NCBI RefSeq assembly: GCF_018420025.1
Contig: NZ_JAEDAM010000064.1
Span: 1-7,000 of the forward strand
Reading direction: 5' to 3'
DNA length: 7,000 nt
DNA from: Candidatus Vampirococcus lugosii
GTDB taxonomy: Bacteria > Patescibacteriota > Gracilibacteria > Absconditabacterales > Absconditicoccaceae
In this document: one piece after another, positions 6,919 to 7,000 of the stretch
Position numbering within the stretch: position 1 is the first letter of the stretch
Layout: each line of letters opens with the position of its first letter
The notes under the pieces: model-generated
Told to the model about the DNA's origin: nothing
The model's input: the letters and a program-made list of their open reading frames with translations, nothing else
Database searches by the model: none
Translations under genes and position numbers: made by a program

Positions 6919-6963
6919 ATTACTGCAATATCTTGTCTGAAATTACTAACCTTCTGCAGTAAT
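6919..6963. repeat. 9-bp inverted repeat ATTACTGCA-N27-TGCAGTAAT, with a third direct copy of AAATTACT in the spacer
   Basis: attactgca (6919-6927) and tgcagtaat (6955-6963) are exact reverse complements. aaattact occurs at 6917-6924 and again at 6940-6947. The repeat lies 170-210 nt upstream of the telA-like start. All three minus-strand frames hit a stop within the last ~12 nt of the window, so an upstream minus-strand gene could end near 6990. In that case this could be its terminator. Confidence 0.4.
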
Positions 6964-7000
6964 AAAGATAAAAAAAGCTTGAAAAGTTAATTAAGAACTA

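Noticed and set aside
6860-6965. Possible tRNA or other small RNA gene in the relatively GC-richer patch (ggaca...tgtcc, attactgca...tgcagtaat)
   Set aside because: I could not fold a cloverleaf. There is no GTTC-type T-loop, no acceptor-stem pairing and no conserved D-loop. The stems enclose loops of 27-42 nt.
1-7000. Reading TGA as tryptophan (table 4, Mycoplasma/Spiroplasma-type), which the low GC content initially suggested
   Set aside because: TGA falls on invariant Gly positions in UvrA, on the prepilin cleavage-site Gly, and opposite GGT in a paralog alignment. Trp there would destroy conserved motifs. TGG is also still used at plausible Trp positions.

Overview
Very AT-rich window, under 30% GC by eye. 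It looks almost non-coding under the standard code because TGA is a sense codon here. Reading TGA as glycine (translation table 25, the Gracilibacteria/Absconditabacteria (SR1) type code of Candidate Phyla Radiation bacteria) joins the fragmented ORF track into one partial and five complete genes. These cover about 6.1 of 7.0 kb, carry about 85 in-frame TGA by hand count, and every complete CDS ends in TAA. Gene order: (1) uvrA 5' part, minus strand. (2) A 388-bp divergent intergenic region with a 7-bp tandem repeat and palindromes. (3) A 421-aa modular type IV pilin, plus strand, with a canonical G|FTLVE prepilin signal and a DUF1566/Lcl-like C-terminal module. (4) A convergent CPBP/CAAX-type intramembrane protease. 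(5) A minus-strand operon of a TelA-family protein, a short TM-SPFH protein and a full-length flotillin, the last two being paralogs. The points most worth follow-up are the recoding itself, the TelA-SPFH-flotillin (plus CPBP protease) membrane module, and the adhesin-like modular pilin. All homology calls come from hand translation and recalled family motifs; no database search was possible.
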